A stretch of DNA of 64,000 nucleotides from Anaeramoeba ignava BMAN (taxonomy: Eukaryota > Protista > Anaeramoebae): contig JAPDFW010000022.1 in NCBI GenBank assembly GCA_028826165.1, positions 566,758 to 630,757 on the forward strand, read 5' to 3'. Under the pieces are notes generated by a model that had not been told where the DNA came from, searched no databases, and saw only the letters and a program-made list of their open reading frames with translations. This document shows, piece by piece, positions 50,734-62,589 of this stretch (position 1 is its first letter; each line of letters starts with the position of its first letter). Both the position numbers and the translations under genes were made by a program.

Positions 50734-53274
50734 ATGGAAAAGTATAAAATTAAATATAAAATTAAATATAAAATTATTTATAAAATTAAATATAAAATTA
50801 AATATAAAATTAAAATATAAAATCATTTATAAAATTTATATTTTTTTTCAAAAAGACAAACCCAAAAACCAAAAAAATCCTCAAGAAAAAAACCTAATAA
50901 GAATACAGTCTTTTTTTTAAGAAGAAAATCTTTCTCTCAAGTTCAAGAAAGTAAAGAAAATAGAAGATCTCAAAGAATGAGAAACAGACGTTTAACAAGA
51001 CAAAAAATATTTAGATCTATAAAACCAGACTATTTAATCAATCAAGAAGAAAGAAAAAGATTATCAATATTAAAAATGGAACACAAAGCCAAATCTATTG
51101 ATCCTAAAAAAATGGAAAAAGAAGCTGAAAATTCGAAATTAATTTTTGCAATTTTAGTTAAAGAGTAAAAAAAAATATAAAATTAAATATAAATTAAATA
51201 TAAAATTAAATATAAAATTATTTATAAAATTATTTATAAAATTAAATATAAAATTAATTATTAAATTAAATATAAAATTAATTATTAAATTATTTATAAA
51301 ATTATTTATAAAATTATTTATAAAATTAAATATTAAATTAATTATTAAATTAATTATTAAATTAAATATAAAATTATTTATAAAATTAAATATAAAATTA
51401 ATTATAAAATTATTTATAAAATTATTTATTAAAATTATTTATTAAATTAATTATTAAATTATTTATAAAATTATTTATATAAAATTAAATTAAAATTATT
51501 TATAAAAATTATTTATAAAATTATTTATAAAATTAAATATAAAATTATTTATAAAATTATTTATAAAAAATATAAAATTAAATATAAAAATTTATAAAAT
51601 ATATATAAAATTAATTATAAAATTATTTATAAAATTATTTTTATAAAATTAAAAATAAATTATTTATAAAATTATATATAAAATTAATTATAAAATTATT
51701 TATAAAATTATTTATAAAATTATTTATAAAATTATTTTAAAATATAAAATTAATATATAAAAATTATTTATAAAATTATTTATAAAATTATTTATAAAAT
51801 TATTTATAAAATTAAATATATAAAAATTAATTATAAAATTATTTATAAAATTATTTATTTATTTTATAAAATTATTTATAAAAAATTTATAAAATTAAAT
51901 TATTTATAAAATTAATTATATAAAATTATTTATAAAATTATTTATTAAAATTTATAAAAATAATTTATAAAATTAAATATAAAATTATTTATAAAATTAA
52001 ATATAAAATTATTTATAAAATTATTTATAAAATTATTTATAAAATTATTTATAAAATTATTTATAAAATTAAATATAAAATTATTTATAAAAATTTATTA
52101 TTTATAAAATTATTTTATAAAATTAAATATAAAAATTAAATATAAAATTATTTATATAATTATTTATAAAATTAAATTATAAAAATTATTTATAAAAATT
52201 AAATATAAATTAAATATAAAATTATTTATAAAATTATTTATAAAATTATTTATAAAATTATAAAATTATTTATAAAATTAAATATAAAATTATTTATAAA
52301 ATTAAATTTTATAAAATTATTTATAAAATTAAATTATTTATAAAATTATAAAAAATTTTTATTTATTAAATTTTATAAAATTATTTATTAAATTAAATAT
52401 AAAATTATTTATAAAATTAAATATAAAATTATTTATTAAATTAAATATAAAATTATTTATAAAATTATTTATAAAATTAAATATAAAATTAATTATTAAA
52501 TTAATTATAAAATTATTTATAAAAAATTAATTATATTAATTATAAAATTAATTATAAAATTAAATATAAAATTATTTATAAAATTATTTATAAAATTAAT
52601 TATAAAATTATTTATAAAATTATTTATAAAATTATTTATAAAATTAAATATAAAATTAAATATAAAATTATTTATAAAATTAAATATAAAATTATTTATA
52701 AAATTAAATATAAATTAAATATAAAATTATTTATGAAATTAATTATAAAATTATTTATTAAATTATTATAAAATTAAATATAAAATTATTTATTAAAATT
52801 ATTTATAAAATTAGAAATAAAGATCTTGGAGAAAAAGTGAAAGAAATTTTGACACTTTTTAGATTGAATAAATTATATGAAGGAGTTTTTCTTCGATCAA
52901 CACCAACAACACTAAGCCTTTTAGAGTTAATCCGACCATACATAATATGGGGATATCCAAGTTATAAGAACATTCGAGATCTAATATTCAAAAGAGGATA
53001 TACGATTGTTGATTCTGAACGAACCGCACTTACAAGTAATAAAATAATTTCGGACAAACTTGGAACTTTTGATATAATTTGTTTGGAAGATTTAGTGCAT
53101 GAAATTTTTTCTGTTGGTCCACATTTTAATCAGGCAAATAAATTTTTACTTCCTTTCCGTTTATCTTCTCCTTCTCCAAAAATGAAAATTATTTCAAGAG
53201 TTCTTAAAGAAACAGAAAATTTAAATGGTTATCAAAAAGAAAAAATTAATGAAATTTTATTAAAAATGAATTGA
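50734..53274 (+). CDS. RLP7: uL30-family protein, probably ribosome-biogenesis factor Rlp7/RPL7L1; exons 50734-50741, 50856-51164, 52815-53274 (A-run frameshift at ~50890)
   Basis: ILTLFRL, PYIIWGYP, IRDLIFKRG, IICLEDLVHEI and NKFLLPFRL motifs; too divergent for canonical RPL7. Confidence 0.75.
51165..52814 (+). repeat. 1.65-kb intron of (ATAAAATTATTT/ATAAAATTAAAT)n
   Basis: Almost purely A/T between the GT donor and TAG acceptor; the same unit fills intron 1 of this gene. Confidence 0.95.
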
Positions 53275-53390
53275 GAAATTTTCTTCCTTTTAATTCTTCA
53301 TTTAGAATAATTTAGACTAAATAAATTCAAAAAAAAATAAATTCAAAAAATATTTTTTTCATTTTTTTCTTTTCTTTCTTTTTAAAAATA

Positions 53391-53678
53391 ATGGAAATTT
53401 CTGCTTTGTTTAAAAATCAAAAAATTTCAAAAGAATTTCATCCAATTCAAATGGAATTAAAACAACAAAAAGAAATTGAATCTTTTGATGAAAAAATAAC
53501 TGATTTTCCACAAAAAGTTGAAAATGAAAAAATTTATCAAAAATTAATTGTTGATTTAAGTTCAATTCAAAAACAAGTTAATGATTTTCTTTCTGAACAA
53601 TTAGAAGAAAATAAAAAAGAAAATAAAGAAAATGAAATTAAAAGAAGAAAGAAAAATGAAAAGAAGCAAAATAATTAA
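53391..53678 (+). CDS. Small protein, possibly KEOPS subunit Gon7-like
   Basis: 95 aa; YQKLIVDLSSIQKQVNDFLSEQLEENK resembles the Gon7 helix (L..LQ..IN.FLT..ME..K, from recall); TCATTTT upstream. Confidence 0.5.
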   Translation: MEISALFKNQKISKEFHPIQMELKQQKEIESFDEKITDFPQKVENEKIYQKLIVDLSSIQKQVNDFLSEQLEENKKENKENEIKRRKKNEKKQNN

Positions 53679-53856
53679 CTTTTTTTGTTTGAATTTATTA
53701 TTCATCAACAACCAAAAAAAAAAAGCAAACAATTTATTTAAATTTTTCATAATAAATTTCAGTTTCAAAAATAAATTTTAGTAAATTGTTTGTTTTTGTT
53801 TTTGTTTTTGTTTTTTTTTGATTGATTAATTTTTTATTTGAAATTTTTTTTTTCAT

Positions 53857-54618
53857 TTATTTGATTGTTAAAGTTTCAAGTATATTTGCGAGTTCTAAAA
53901 TAATAACTCTCATTTTTTCATCAAGTGGACTTGTATCTAAAAATTCTTTTTTAGTATTTCTTTGATGATGAGAAAAGAATCCAAGAGTCTAAATTAATAT
54001 TAAAATTAAAATTATTTATAAAATTAAAATTGAAATTAAAATTAAAATTAAAATTAAAATTCATTTAGAAATTAAAATTAAAAATTTAAATTAAAATTAA
54101 TATTAAAATTATAATTGTAAAAATTTTTTGCTAATAAAAAAACGGAAAAAAATGTACAAATTCTTTAATCATATAACAAGAAAAAAGTTCTTTTGCACCT
54201 GATACATGAAAAACAGAGAAAGGACCTTGACTCAAAGACTCACCTAAAAAATAGTAAAAAAAAGAAATAAGAAGGAAAAAAGGGAAAATAAAAAAAAAAT
54301 ATCAAATAAATAAAACCTGTTCTTTGAACTTCTTGTTTCAAAGTCCCAACAACTGAGACAATCTCAGCTTGACGTTCATCTGCTACATCATGAGTGAATC
54401 TATTATTGTTTTCATTTTTGTTATTTTTTTGAGTAAATGATTTTTATATTTTTTTCGATTATTTTTTTTATTGATTTTTACATTGGTTTTTCTTCAGAAT
54501 CAAGTATAAAAAATGAAGTTAAACCGGGAAATATTTTTTGAATTTCTTGGCGTTTTTCCTCAAGTTGATGCATAATTTGAGAAGAAACTCCACTTCCATT
54601 ACAACATGAATTTCCCAT
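53857..54618 (-). CDS. N-acylated Roadblock/LC7 (MglB/LAMTOR2-like) protein, 145 aa; exons 54618-54482, 54399-54317, 54243-54158, 53988-53857
   Basis: Four exons total 438 nt with clean GT..TAG joins: MGNSCCNGSGVSSQIMHQLEEKRQEIQKIFPGLTSFFILDSEEKPIFTHDVADERQAEIVSVVGTLKQEVQRTGESLSQGPFSVFHVSGAKELFSCYMIKEFTLGFFSHHQRNTKKEFLDTSPLDEKMRVIILELANILETLTIK. The fold call is from the sequence pattern. Confidence 0.75.
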
Positions 54619-54879
54619 TAAAAAAAAGAAATAAAAATTTGAAATAGAAAAAAGAAATGAAAATAAGAAATGAAAATTAAAAGAAAAATGAAAAAATGAT
54701 TTTTTTGTTTTTTTTTTTTCTTTTTTAAATCTTTTTTAAATCTTTTTTAAATCTTTTTTGATCAAATTTTCCTCAATTTTAAATTTAAAAAATATTTAAT
54801 TTTTGATTTTTTATTTTACTTATTGGATTAAATAAAACAAAAAAGGAATTCAAAAATTTTTCATTTTAAATAAAGAATT

Positions 54880-56440
54880 TTAAAATTTGAATTTAAATTT
54901 GGATTTTAATTTGAAATTGAAATTTATTTTGAATTTGATTTTGAATTTTATTTTGAATTTGAATTTGAATTTGATTTTAAATTTGAATTTGAATTTTGAA
55001 TTTTGAATTTTGAATTTTGAATTTTGAATTTGAATTTTGAATTTGAATTTGAATTTAATTTGAAATTGATTTTGAATTTGATTTTAAATTTGAATTTGAA
55101 ATTGATTTTGAATTTGATTTTAAATTTGAATTTGAATTTGAATTTGAATTTGAATTTGAAATTGAATTTGAATTTGAAATTGAAATTGAATTTGAATTTG
55201 AATTTGAATTTGAATTTTAATTTTGATTTTGAATTTGAATTGTATTTTGTATTTTGAATTTTGAAATTGAAATTGAATTTGAATTTCTTTTTGAAATTGA
55301 ATTTGATTTTGATTTTAAATTTTCATTTTGAAATTGAAATTGAAATTGATTTTGAATTTAAATTTGAATTGATATTGAATTTGAAATTGAATTTGAATTT
55401 GAATTTGAATTTGAATTTGAATTTGAATTTGAATTTGAATTTGAATTTGATTTTGAATTTGAAATTGAATTTGAATTTAATTTTGAATTTGAAATTGATT
55501 TTGAATTTTTGAATTTTGATTTTGATTTTGAATTTGAAATTGAAATTGATTTTGAAATTGAATTTGAATCTTGAATCTTGAATTTGAATTTGAATGATTT
55601 TGATTTTTTTGAATTTGAAATTGAATTTTTGAATTTTGATTTTTTTGATTTTGAATTTGAATTTGAAATTGAATTTGATTTTGAATTTGAATTTGGATTT
55701 GAATTTGAATTTGGATTTGAATTTGAATTTGAATTTGAATTTGAATTTTGTATTTTGAATTTAATTTGAATTTGATTTTGAATTTGAATTTCTTTTTGAA
55801 TTTAAATTTTGAATTTGAATTTGGATTTGAAATTGAAATTGATATTGAATTTGAATTTGAATTTGATTTGAATTTGAATTTGAATTTGAATTTAAATTTG
55901 GATTTGAAATTTGAATTTGAAATTGAATTTGGAATTTGAAATTTGAATTTTGATTTTGAAAATTTAAATTTGAATTTTTAATTTCTTTTGAATTTGAAAT
56001 TTTGAATTTAAAATTTGAATTTGAAAATTGAAATTGAAAATTTGAAATTTGATTTTGAATTTGAATTTGAAATTTGAATTGAATTTTTGAATTTGAATTT
56101 GAATTTGAATTTGAATTTGAATTTTGAAATTTGAATTTGAAATTGAATTTTTGATTTTGAAATTGAATTTTGAATTTTGAATTTGAATTTTGAATTTGAA
56201 TTTGAATTTGAATTTGAATTTGAATTTGAATTTGAATTTGAATTTGAATTTGAATTGATTTGAATTTGAATTTGAATTTTGAATTTTGAATTTGAATTTG
56301 AAATTGATTTTGAATTTGAATTTGAATTTGGATTTGAAATTGATATTGAATTTGAAATTGAAATTGATATTGAATTTGAAATTGAATTTGAATTTGAAAT
56401 TGAAATTGATTTTGAATTTGATTTTGATTTAAATTTTCAA
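54880..56440. repeat. (GAATTT)n-type simple repeat, ~1.55 kb, downstream of the USP gene
   Basis: Directly visible; explains the LNLN/FEFE ORFs at 55024-55939. Confidence 0.95.
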
Positions 56441-56465
56441 TTTAAACTTTCTTTTTAGATTTTCA

Positions 56466-59033
56466 TTAATTTTTCCTTTTGTAAAAAATTATCGAAGGAA
56501 AAGAAGAAATCAAAGGAAAATTAATAACTTCTCGAACACTTGAATCATCAAAACTAATCCATTTTTGAGTTTTTTCATCAAACAAAACAGTAATAAAATG
56601 ACCAGAATCCAAATTTCCATAATGATTGACAACAGCAAAAAGTTGATAAAGAGGTTTTTCTTTTAAATAAAACTTAGAAGATTCAAGCCAATCATCTTGG
56701 AATTGAAGAGGAAGAAAAGAAAGTTGAATAGGAATAGAATTTTTAAAGAATGATTTGATTGCTGTTGTTGAATTTGTATTATAACGCTTTAGATAAATAA
56801 AAAATATATCTGGTAACTTTCCAAATTTTATTGATTTGCTACAAATTGTTAACCGATTACAATAAGGACATCTAAAAAGATTTTTATCATCCAAAATTTC
56901 CTCTTTTGTAAACTCTTTTAAACACCATTCAATTGGAACTGCTTCCGTTTTTTCATCTTCTAATTTGTTTGGAAGATTCACTGAAATTGAAAATGTGTTT
57001 TCTTTATTAGCAATTGATTTTTTGCATTCAGAACATGTGATTTTATTGTATAATTTAATTCCAAAATTTTTGGAAACTGCTGTTTGTTCCTTTTTTTTTC
57101 TAATTGATAATTGATTTATTTCCATGTTTTCTTTCGATTCATTTTTTGTTTCTAATTCTGAATGAATGTAATCAAGTAAATTTACTAAAAATTCATGTGA
57201 ATCTTGTTGATTATATTGTTTGAATCTTTCATCAATTACTGATAGTTCTTGTTTAAATTGAAAAAAATCAATAAAAGTTACACCTTTTTGGTAATTTTCA
57301 AAAAATTGAAGCAATTTATCAGAAAATTTTTCATCTTCTTGATTATTTTTGGTAAATTTGAGTTGATTTTTTTGTTCTTCTCTCTGTTTTTTTAATTCTT
57401 CCATAAATTTTGTATTAAATAAAACTTGAATACCAGAAGAGATATAACAAGAAGAGCCAATATTTGGGATACCATGATAACCAGAAAGCCGATTTAAAGA
57501 CAAATTAAATCGATTTTTAGATTTATTTTTTAATACATTTTTAGCATGATTTCCAAATTCATTTTTTGAATCATTTTTTGAATCATTTTTTGAATCATTT
57601 TTTGAATCATTTTTTGAATCATTTTTTGAATCATTTTTTGAATCATTTTTTGAATCATATATAGATTTATTTTTTGAATCATTTGTTGAATCATTTTTCA
57701 ATTCATGTTTAAATTCATTTGTTAAATCATTTTTTAAATCATTTGTGGATTTATTTCTATATTTATTTTTAAATTCATTTTTAAATTGATAAGGAGAATT
57801 ATATTTAAATTCATTTGTTAAATCATTTGTAGATTTATTTCCGTATTTATTTTTAAATTCATTTGTTAAATCATTTATAGATTTATATTTAAATTCATTT
57901 TTTAAATCATTTATGGATTTATATTTAAATTTATTTGTTAAATCATTTGTTAAATCATTTGTTAAATCATTTATAGATTTATTTATAAATTCATTTTTAG
58001 ATTGATAAGGATAATTATATTTAAATTCATCTGTTAAATCATTTGTGGATTTATTTCCGTATTTATTTTTAAATTCATTTGTTAAATCATTTGTGGATTT
58101 ATATTTAAATTCATTTTTTAAATCATTTGTGGATTTATTTCCATATTTATTTTTAAATTCATTTTTAAATTGATAAGGAGAATTATATTTAAATTCATTT
58201 GTTAAATCATTTGTGGATTTATTTCCGTATTTATTTTTAAATTCATTTGTTAAATCATTTATAGATTTATATTTAAATTCATTTTTTAAATCATTTGTGG
58301 ATTTATTTCCATATTTATTTTTAAATTCATTTTTAAATTGATAAGGAGAAGTATATTTAAATTCATTTGTTAAATCATTTGTTAAATCATTTGTTAAATC
58401 ATTTTTAAATTCATTTTTAGATTGATAAGGAGAATTATATTTAAATTCATTTGTTAAATCATTTATAAATTTATTTGTTAAATCATTTTTTAAATCATTT
58501 GTTAATTCATTTGTTAATTCATTTGTTAAATCATTTTTAAATTCATTTGTTAAATCATTTTTAAAATCATTTTTAGATTGATAAGGAGAATTATATTTAA
58601 ATTCATTTGTTAAATCATTTGTGGATTTATTTTCGTATTTATTTTTAAATTCATTTGTTAAATCATTTATAGATTTATTTTTAAATTCATTTGTTAAATC
58701 ATTTTTAAATTCATTTTTAGATTGATAAGGAGAATTATATTTAAATTCATTTGTTAAATCATTTGTGGATTTATTTTCGTATTTATTTTTAAATTCATTT
58801 GTTAAATCATTTATAAATTTATTTGTTAAATCATTTTTTAAATCATTTGTTAATTCATTTGTTAATTCATTTGTTAATTCATTTATAGATTTATTTTTAA
58901 ATTCATTTGTTAAATCATTTTTTAAATTATTTTTAGATTCATTTAAAATGGTTTGTTCAATATATTTTTTTAATTTTTCATTTGAATATTCTGGTTTTGT
59001 TAATCGAGTTAAATTTGTAGTTTTATTTAACAT
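56466..59033 (-). CDS. USP (peptidase C19) deubiquitinase with a ~460-aa tandem-repeat N-terminus
   Basis: Cys box GIPNIGSSCYISSGIQ, QQDSHEFL, two CxxC, YLKRY, His box VVNHYGNLDSGHF and WISFDD. Confidence 0.93.
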   Translation of the reverse strand: MLNKTTNLTRLTKPEYSNEKLKKYIEQTILNESKNNLKNDLTNEFKNKSINELTNELTNELTNDLKNDLTNKFINDLTNEFKNKYENKSTNDLTNEFKYNSPYQSKNEFKNDLTNEFKNKSINDLTNEFKNKYENKSTNDLTNEFKYNSPYQSKNDFKNDLTNEFKNDLTNELTNELTNDLKNDLTNKFINDLTNEFKYNSPYQSKNEFKNDLTNDLTNDLTNEFKYTSPYQFKNEFKNKYGNKSTNDLKNEFKYKSINDLTNEFKNKYGNKSTNDLTNEFKYNSPYQFKNEFKNKYGNKSTNDLKNEFKYKSTNDLTNEFKNKYGNKSTNDLTDEFKYNYPYQSKNEFINKSINDLTNDLTNDLTNKFKYKSINDLKNEFKYKSINDLTNEFKNKYGNKSTNDLTNEFKYNSPYQFKNEFKNKYRNKSTNDLKNDLTNEFKHELKNDSTNDSKNKSIYDSKNDSKNDSKNDSKNDSKNDSKNDSKNDSKNEFGNHAKNVLKNKSKNRFNLSLNRLSGYHGIPNIGSSCYISSGIQVLFNTKFMEELKKQREEQKNQLKFTKNNQEDEKFSDKLLQFFENYQKGVTFIDFFQFKQELSVIDERFKQYNQQDSHEFLVNLLDYIHSELETKNESKENMEINQLSIRKKKEQTAVSKNFGIKLYNKITCSECKKSIANKENTFSISVNLPNKLEDEKTEAVPIEWCLKEFTKEEILDDKNLFRCPYCNRLTICSKSIKFGKLPDIFFIYLKRYNTNSTTAIKSFFKNSIPIQLSFLPLQFQDDWLESSKFYLKEKPLYQLFAVVNHYGNLDSGHFITVLFDEKTQKWISFDDSSVREVINFPLISSFPSIIFYKRKN

Positions 59034-59118
59034 AATTTAAATAAGAAAAAAAAAAAGAAAAAAATGATTTTTAATTTTTCATTTTTTTCCTTTTCAAAAA
59101 AAAAATAAAATAAAAACA

Positions 59119-62100
59119 ATGAATATTCAACAACTTATTTCAGAAAATAACATTGAATTACTCAAACAAATCGATTACTTCCCAGCATTTGAGAAAAGAC
59201 AAGGTGAATCTCTTCTTAAATTTGCGATTGAAAAAAATTCATCAAAAGAAGTGATTGAACTTTTAATTGAAAAAGGTTCTCAATTAGATTTTTTTGATAG
59301 ATCTGAAAGAAATCTATTACATATTGCAATTATAAATCATTTACCAAAAGAAATACTTGATTTACTAATTGAAAAAGGAATTGATATTAATCTAAAATCA
59401 ACGTATAATGAAACAACTTTGCATTGCCTTTTCAAAGATCAAAATTATTCATTGGAAATTTTAGAGTATCTAATTGAAAAAGGAATTGATATTAATGCAA
59501 AAACAATAAATAATGAAACAGCTTTGGATATTGGTTTCCAAAATAAAAATTTACCATTTGAAATTACAAAATATTTAATTGAAAAAGGAGCTCAATTAGA
59601 TTTTGTTGATAGATCTGGAAGAAATCTATTACATATTTCAATTATAAATGAATTACCAAAAGAAATACTTTATTTACTAATTGAAAAAGGAATTGATATT
59701 AATGCAAAGACATATGATAGCGAAACAACTTTGCATATTGTTTGTCAGAATCAAAATCCATCTTTTGAAATTATCAAGTATCTAATTGAAAAAGGAATTG
59801 ATATTAATGCAAAAACAAATTATAATCAAACAGCTTTGTATACTGTTTGCCAGAATCAGGATTTGTCATTTGAAATTATCGAATATCTAATTGAAAAAGG
59901 AATCCATATTGATGAAAGAGATAGATACAATAAGACAGCTTTGCATATTGCTTGTCAGAATCAAAATATATCTTTTGAAATTATCAAGTATCTAATTGAA
60001 AACGGAATTGATATTCATGTAAAAACAAATTACTTTAATGAAACAGCTCTTCATTTTGCTTGCAGAAACGAAAAACCATCAAAAAAGATTATCGACTATT
60101 TGATTCAAAAAGGAATTGATATTAATGCTCAAGATCGATATCACAAAGCAGCTCTTTCTATATTGCTTGATCGAAAAAAGGGAAATTTAGTGAAATTTTT
60201 GTTGATGAATGACGCGAATATTTATGATTTGAGAGGTTATCAAATATCAAAAAAATTTACAAACATTTTCTTTAAAGTTTATTCAATTAATGGAGACTTA
60301 AATAACTTATTGAACTCAAACGATAATTTTTCAGATTATCAAATTCAATCCAATGATTCTTCCAGATTTCATGTTCATAAACTGATTCTTTTGGCAAGAT
60401 TTGATAATGATGAAACAATTTTACAAAAATTTACTGAAATTTGTTACAATAAATCAAAAAAATATGTTCAACTTGCTCTTAATTTTCTCTACACTGGATT
60501 TCTTGATTTTCAAAAGGTTTATGAAGATTTAAATCAACAAACAAATTTAGATACACAAAAGAAAGGAAAAAAAAGACTTTTTAAAAGTATTGAGGAAGAA
60601 GAAATGGAAATTTTGGAATTTTTCAAAGAAATTGGATTTGATTCAAATTGGATTAAATTAAAAAGAGGAAGAAAAGGAATATTAAAAGATTTTCATCAAT
60701 TATTCCAACAAGAATCAACAAAAGATTTTAAAATTATTTTTTCTGAAAAAGAAAAAGAAATTGAAATCAAAGCTCATAAATTGATCTTAATAATAAGAAG
60801 TGAATTATTTAAAGGAATGCTTATGTTGAATGTTCAAGATTCATCTAATCAAGTTCATGATTATTCAGGAAAATCACTTCAAACAATTCAACAATTAATT
60901 TATTTTCTTTATCATGATAAATTTGAAGAAAACAAAATTAATCAACAAATGATTGAAGAATTTCAAGATTTAAAAGATTATTATCAATTAAATGAAAATT
61001 CAATTATTGATTTCCTTTTAATGGATTTGGCTAAAAAGAAAAATTTAAATTTAAATTTAAATTTAAAATTAAATTTTTTTCATTTTTTTCTTTTTCAATT
61101 TTTTTCTAAAATGGAAAATTATTCTAATTTAGAAAAACTTTCAAATGATTTAAAAAATTTATTTCAAAATGAAAACCATGAAGAAAGTTATTTTGATTTT
61201 GAAATAATTTGTGAAAAAAATAAAACTTCATTTAAAACTCATAAATCAATTCTTTCTTCAAGAAGTCAATATTTTAAAACTCTTTTTAAATCCAAAATGA
61301 AAGAATATCAAGAAAACAAATTAATTCTAAAAGATGTTTCAAGTTCAATTCTATCTTCAATTTTGAATTATCTTTATTCAGGAAAAATTGAAATTAATTT
61401 AGAAAATGTTGTTGAAATTTTAATTTTTTCTTTAAAATATTTAATTGATGAATTAATTGAAATTTCTTCAAATTTTATCAAAAAGAATTTCCAAATTGAA
61501 TCCATTATTGATATTCTTAAATTATCTGAATCAATGAACTTAAATCAATTATTGGATTCTTCTTATCAATTTATTTTGGAAAATTTTGAAGAATTTATCA
61601 AAACTCCTTTTTTTCTTGAACTTGAAGAAAATCATTTAAATTCATTATTATCAAGTGATCAAATTTTATCAAATGAATTTGAAATTTTCCAATCAATAAT
61701 AAAATGGGGAAAATATAAATCAAATATTAATCAACAAACACAAATTCAAAAACTTGATAAAGAAGAAAAAGAAAAATTACAAAATCAAATTTCAAATATT
61801 ATTGATAAAATCAGATTTATTGATTTCCCAAAAAAAGAACTTAAAACTATTTTGAAAGAAGATTTAATTCCAAATCAAATTTCACAAAAATTAATTCAAT
61901 TCAAAAAACTTCAAAAAGATGATCAAAATGAAATAGAATTCCAAGAATTTGTTCAAAACCAAAATCAAAATTCTTTCATTTTCAAATCAAGAATTCTATA
62001 TAAATTCAAATCAAAAATAATTCAAGAAAAAGAGCATTTCAATAAATTACAAGAATGGATAAATGATAATGAATTCTTTTCCAAAATGAAATTAAAATTT

Positions 62101-62586
62101 TCAGCAAAAAAAGATGGATTTGATTGCAAACGATGGCATTCAATTTGTGACAACAAAGGAAAGACATTAGTTATTATTAAAACAAAAGATAATTTTATTT
62201 TTGGAGGATTTACTCAAGCTGGATTTACAAATGATAAATTTAAATGGCATCATCGTTATAGGAAATATGATTTTGGATATATTCCAGATCCAAATTCTTT
62301 TATCTTTTCATTAAGAAATGATAAAAGAGATCGAAAACCTGTGAGATTTTTAATTAAACAAGGAAGGAATCAATTCTCTATTTTTTATAGTTCAGATGGT
62401 GGTCCAGGATTTGGTGCTGGAATTGATTTGTTACTTGATGAACAATTAAAATCTGGTAAATCTAATTTTGGGCATACTTATAATCTTCCTAAAGGAATTG
62501 AATATGGAACAACTGAAGCTAAAAGTTATTTATCTGGTTCTTTTGATAAATGGATTGTTGATGAAGTTGAGACTTTTTTCATTTAA
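59119..62586 (+). CDS. Ankyrin-BTB-BTB followed by BTB-BACK-TLDc; a single ORF but probably two genes (second ATG 61111)
   Basis: About 9 ankyrin repeats, HVHKLILLAR and KAHKLILIIRSELF BTBs, then THKSILSSRSQYF BTB, a BACK region and TLDc. The linker at 61030-61110 looks intergenic. Confidence 0.8.
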   Translation: MNIQQLISENNIELLKQIDYFPAFEKRQGESLLKFAIEKNSSKEVIELLIEKGSQLDFFDRSERNLLHIAIINHLPKEILDLLIEKGIDINLKSTYNETTLHCLFKDQNYSLEILEYLIEKGIDINAKTINNETALDIGFQNKNLPFEITKYLIEKGAQLDFVDRSGRNLLHISIINELPKEILYLLIEKGIDINAKTYDSETTLHIVCQNQNPSFEIIKYLIEKGIDINAKTNYNQTALYTVCQNQDLSFEIIEYLIEKGIHIDERDRYNKTALHIACQNQNISFEIIKYLIENGIDIHVKTNYFNETALHFACRNEKPSKKIIDYLIQKGIDINAQDRYHKAALSILLDRKKGNLVKFLLMNDANIYDLRGYQISKKFTNIFFKVYSINGDLNNLLNSNDNFSDYQIQSNDSSRFHVHKLILLARFDNDETILQKFTEICYNKSKKYVQLALNFLYTGFLDFQKVYEDLNQQTNLDTQKKGKKRLFKSIEEEEMEILEFFKEIGFDSNWIKLKRGRKGILKDFHQLFQQESTKDFKIIFSEKEKEIEIKAHKLILIIRSELFKGMLMLNVQDSSNQVHDYSGKSLQTIQQLIYFLYHDKFEENKINQQMIEEFQDLKDYYQLNENSIIDFLLMDLAKKKNLNLNLNLKLNFFHFFLFQFFSKMENYSNLEKLSNDLKNLFQNENHEESYFDFEIICEKNKTSFKTHKSILSSRSQYFKTLFKSKMKEYQENKLILKDVSSSILSSILNYLYSGKIEINLENVVEILIFSLKYLIDELIEISSNFIKKNFQIESIIDILKLSESMNLNQLLDSSYQFILENFEEFIKTPFFLELEENHLNSLLSSDQILSNEFEIFQSIIKWGKYKSNINQQTQIQKLDKEEKEKLQNQISNIIDKIRFIDFPKKELKTILKEDLIPNQISQKLIQFKKLQKDDQNEIEFQEFVQNQNQNSFIFKSRILYKFKSKIIQEKEHFNKLQEWINDNEFFSKMKLKFSAKKDGFDCKRWHSICDNKGKTLVIIKTKDNFIFGGFTQAGFTNDKFKWHHRYRKYDFGYIPDPNSFIFSLRNDKRDRKPVRFLIKQGRNQFSIFYSSDGGPGFGAGIDLLLDEQLKSGKSNFGHTYNLPKGIEYGTTEAKSYLSGSFDKWIVDEVETFFI

Positions 62587-62589
62587 AAT

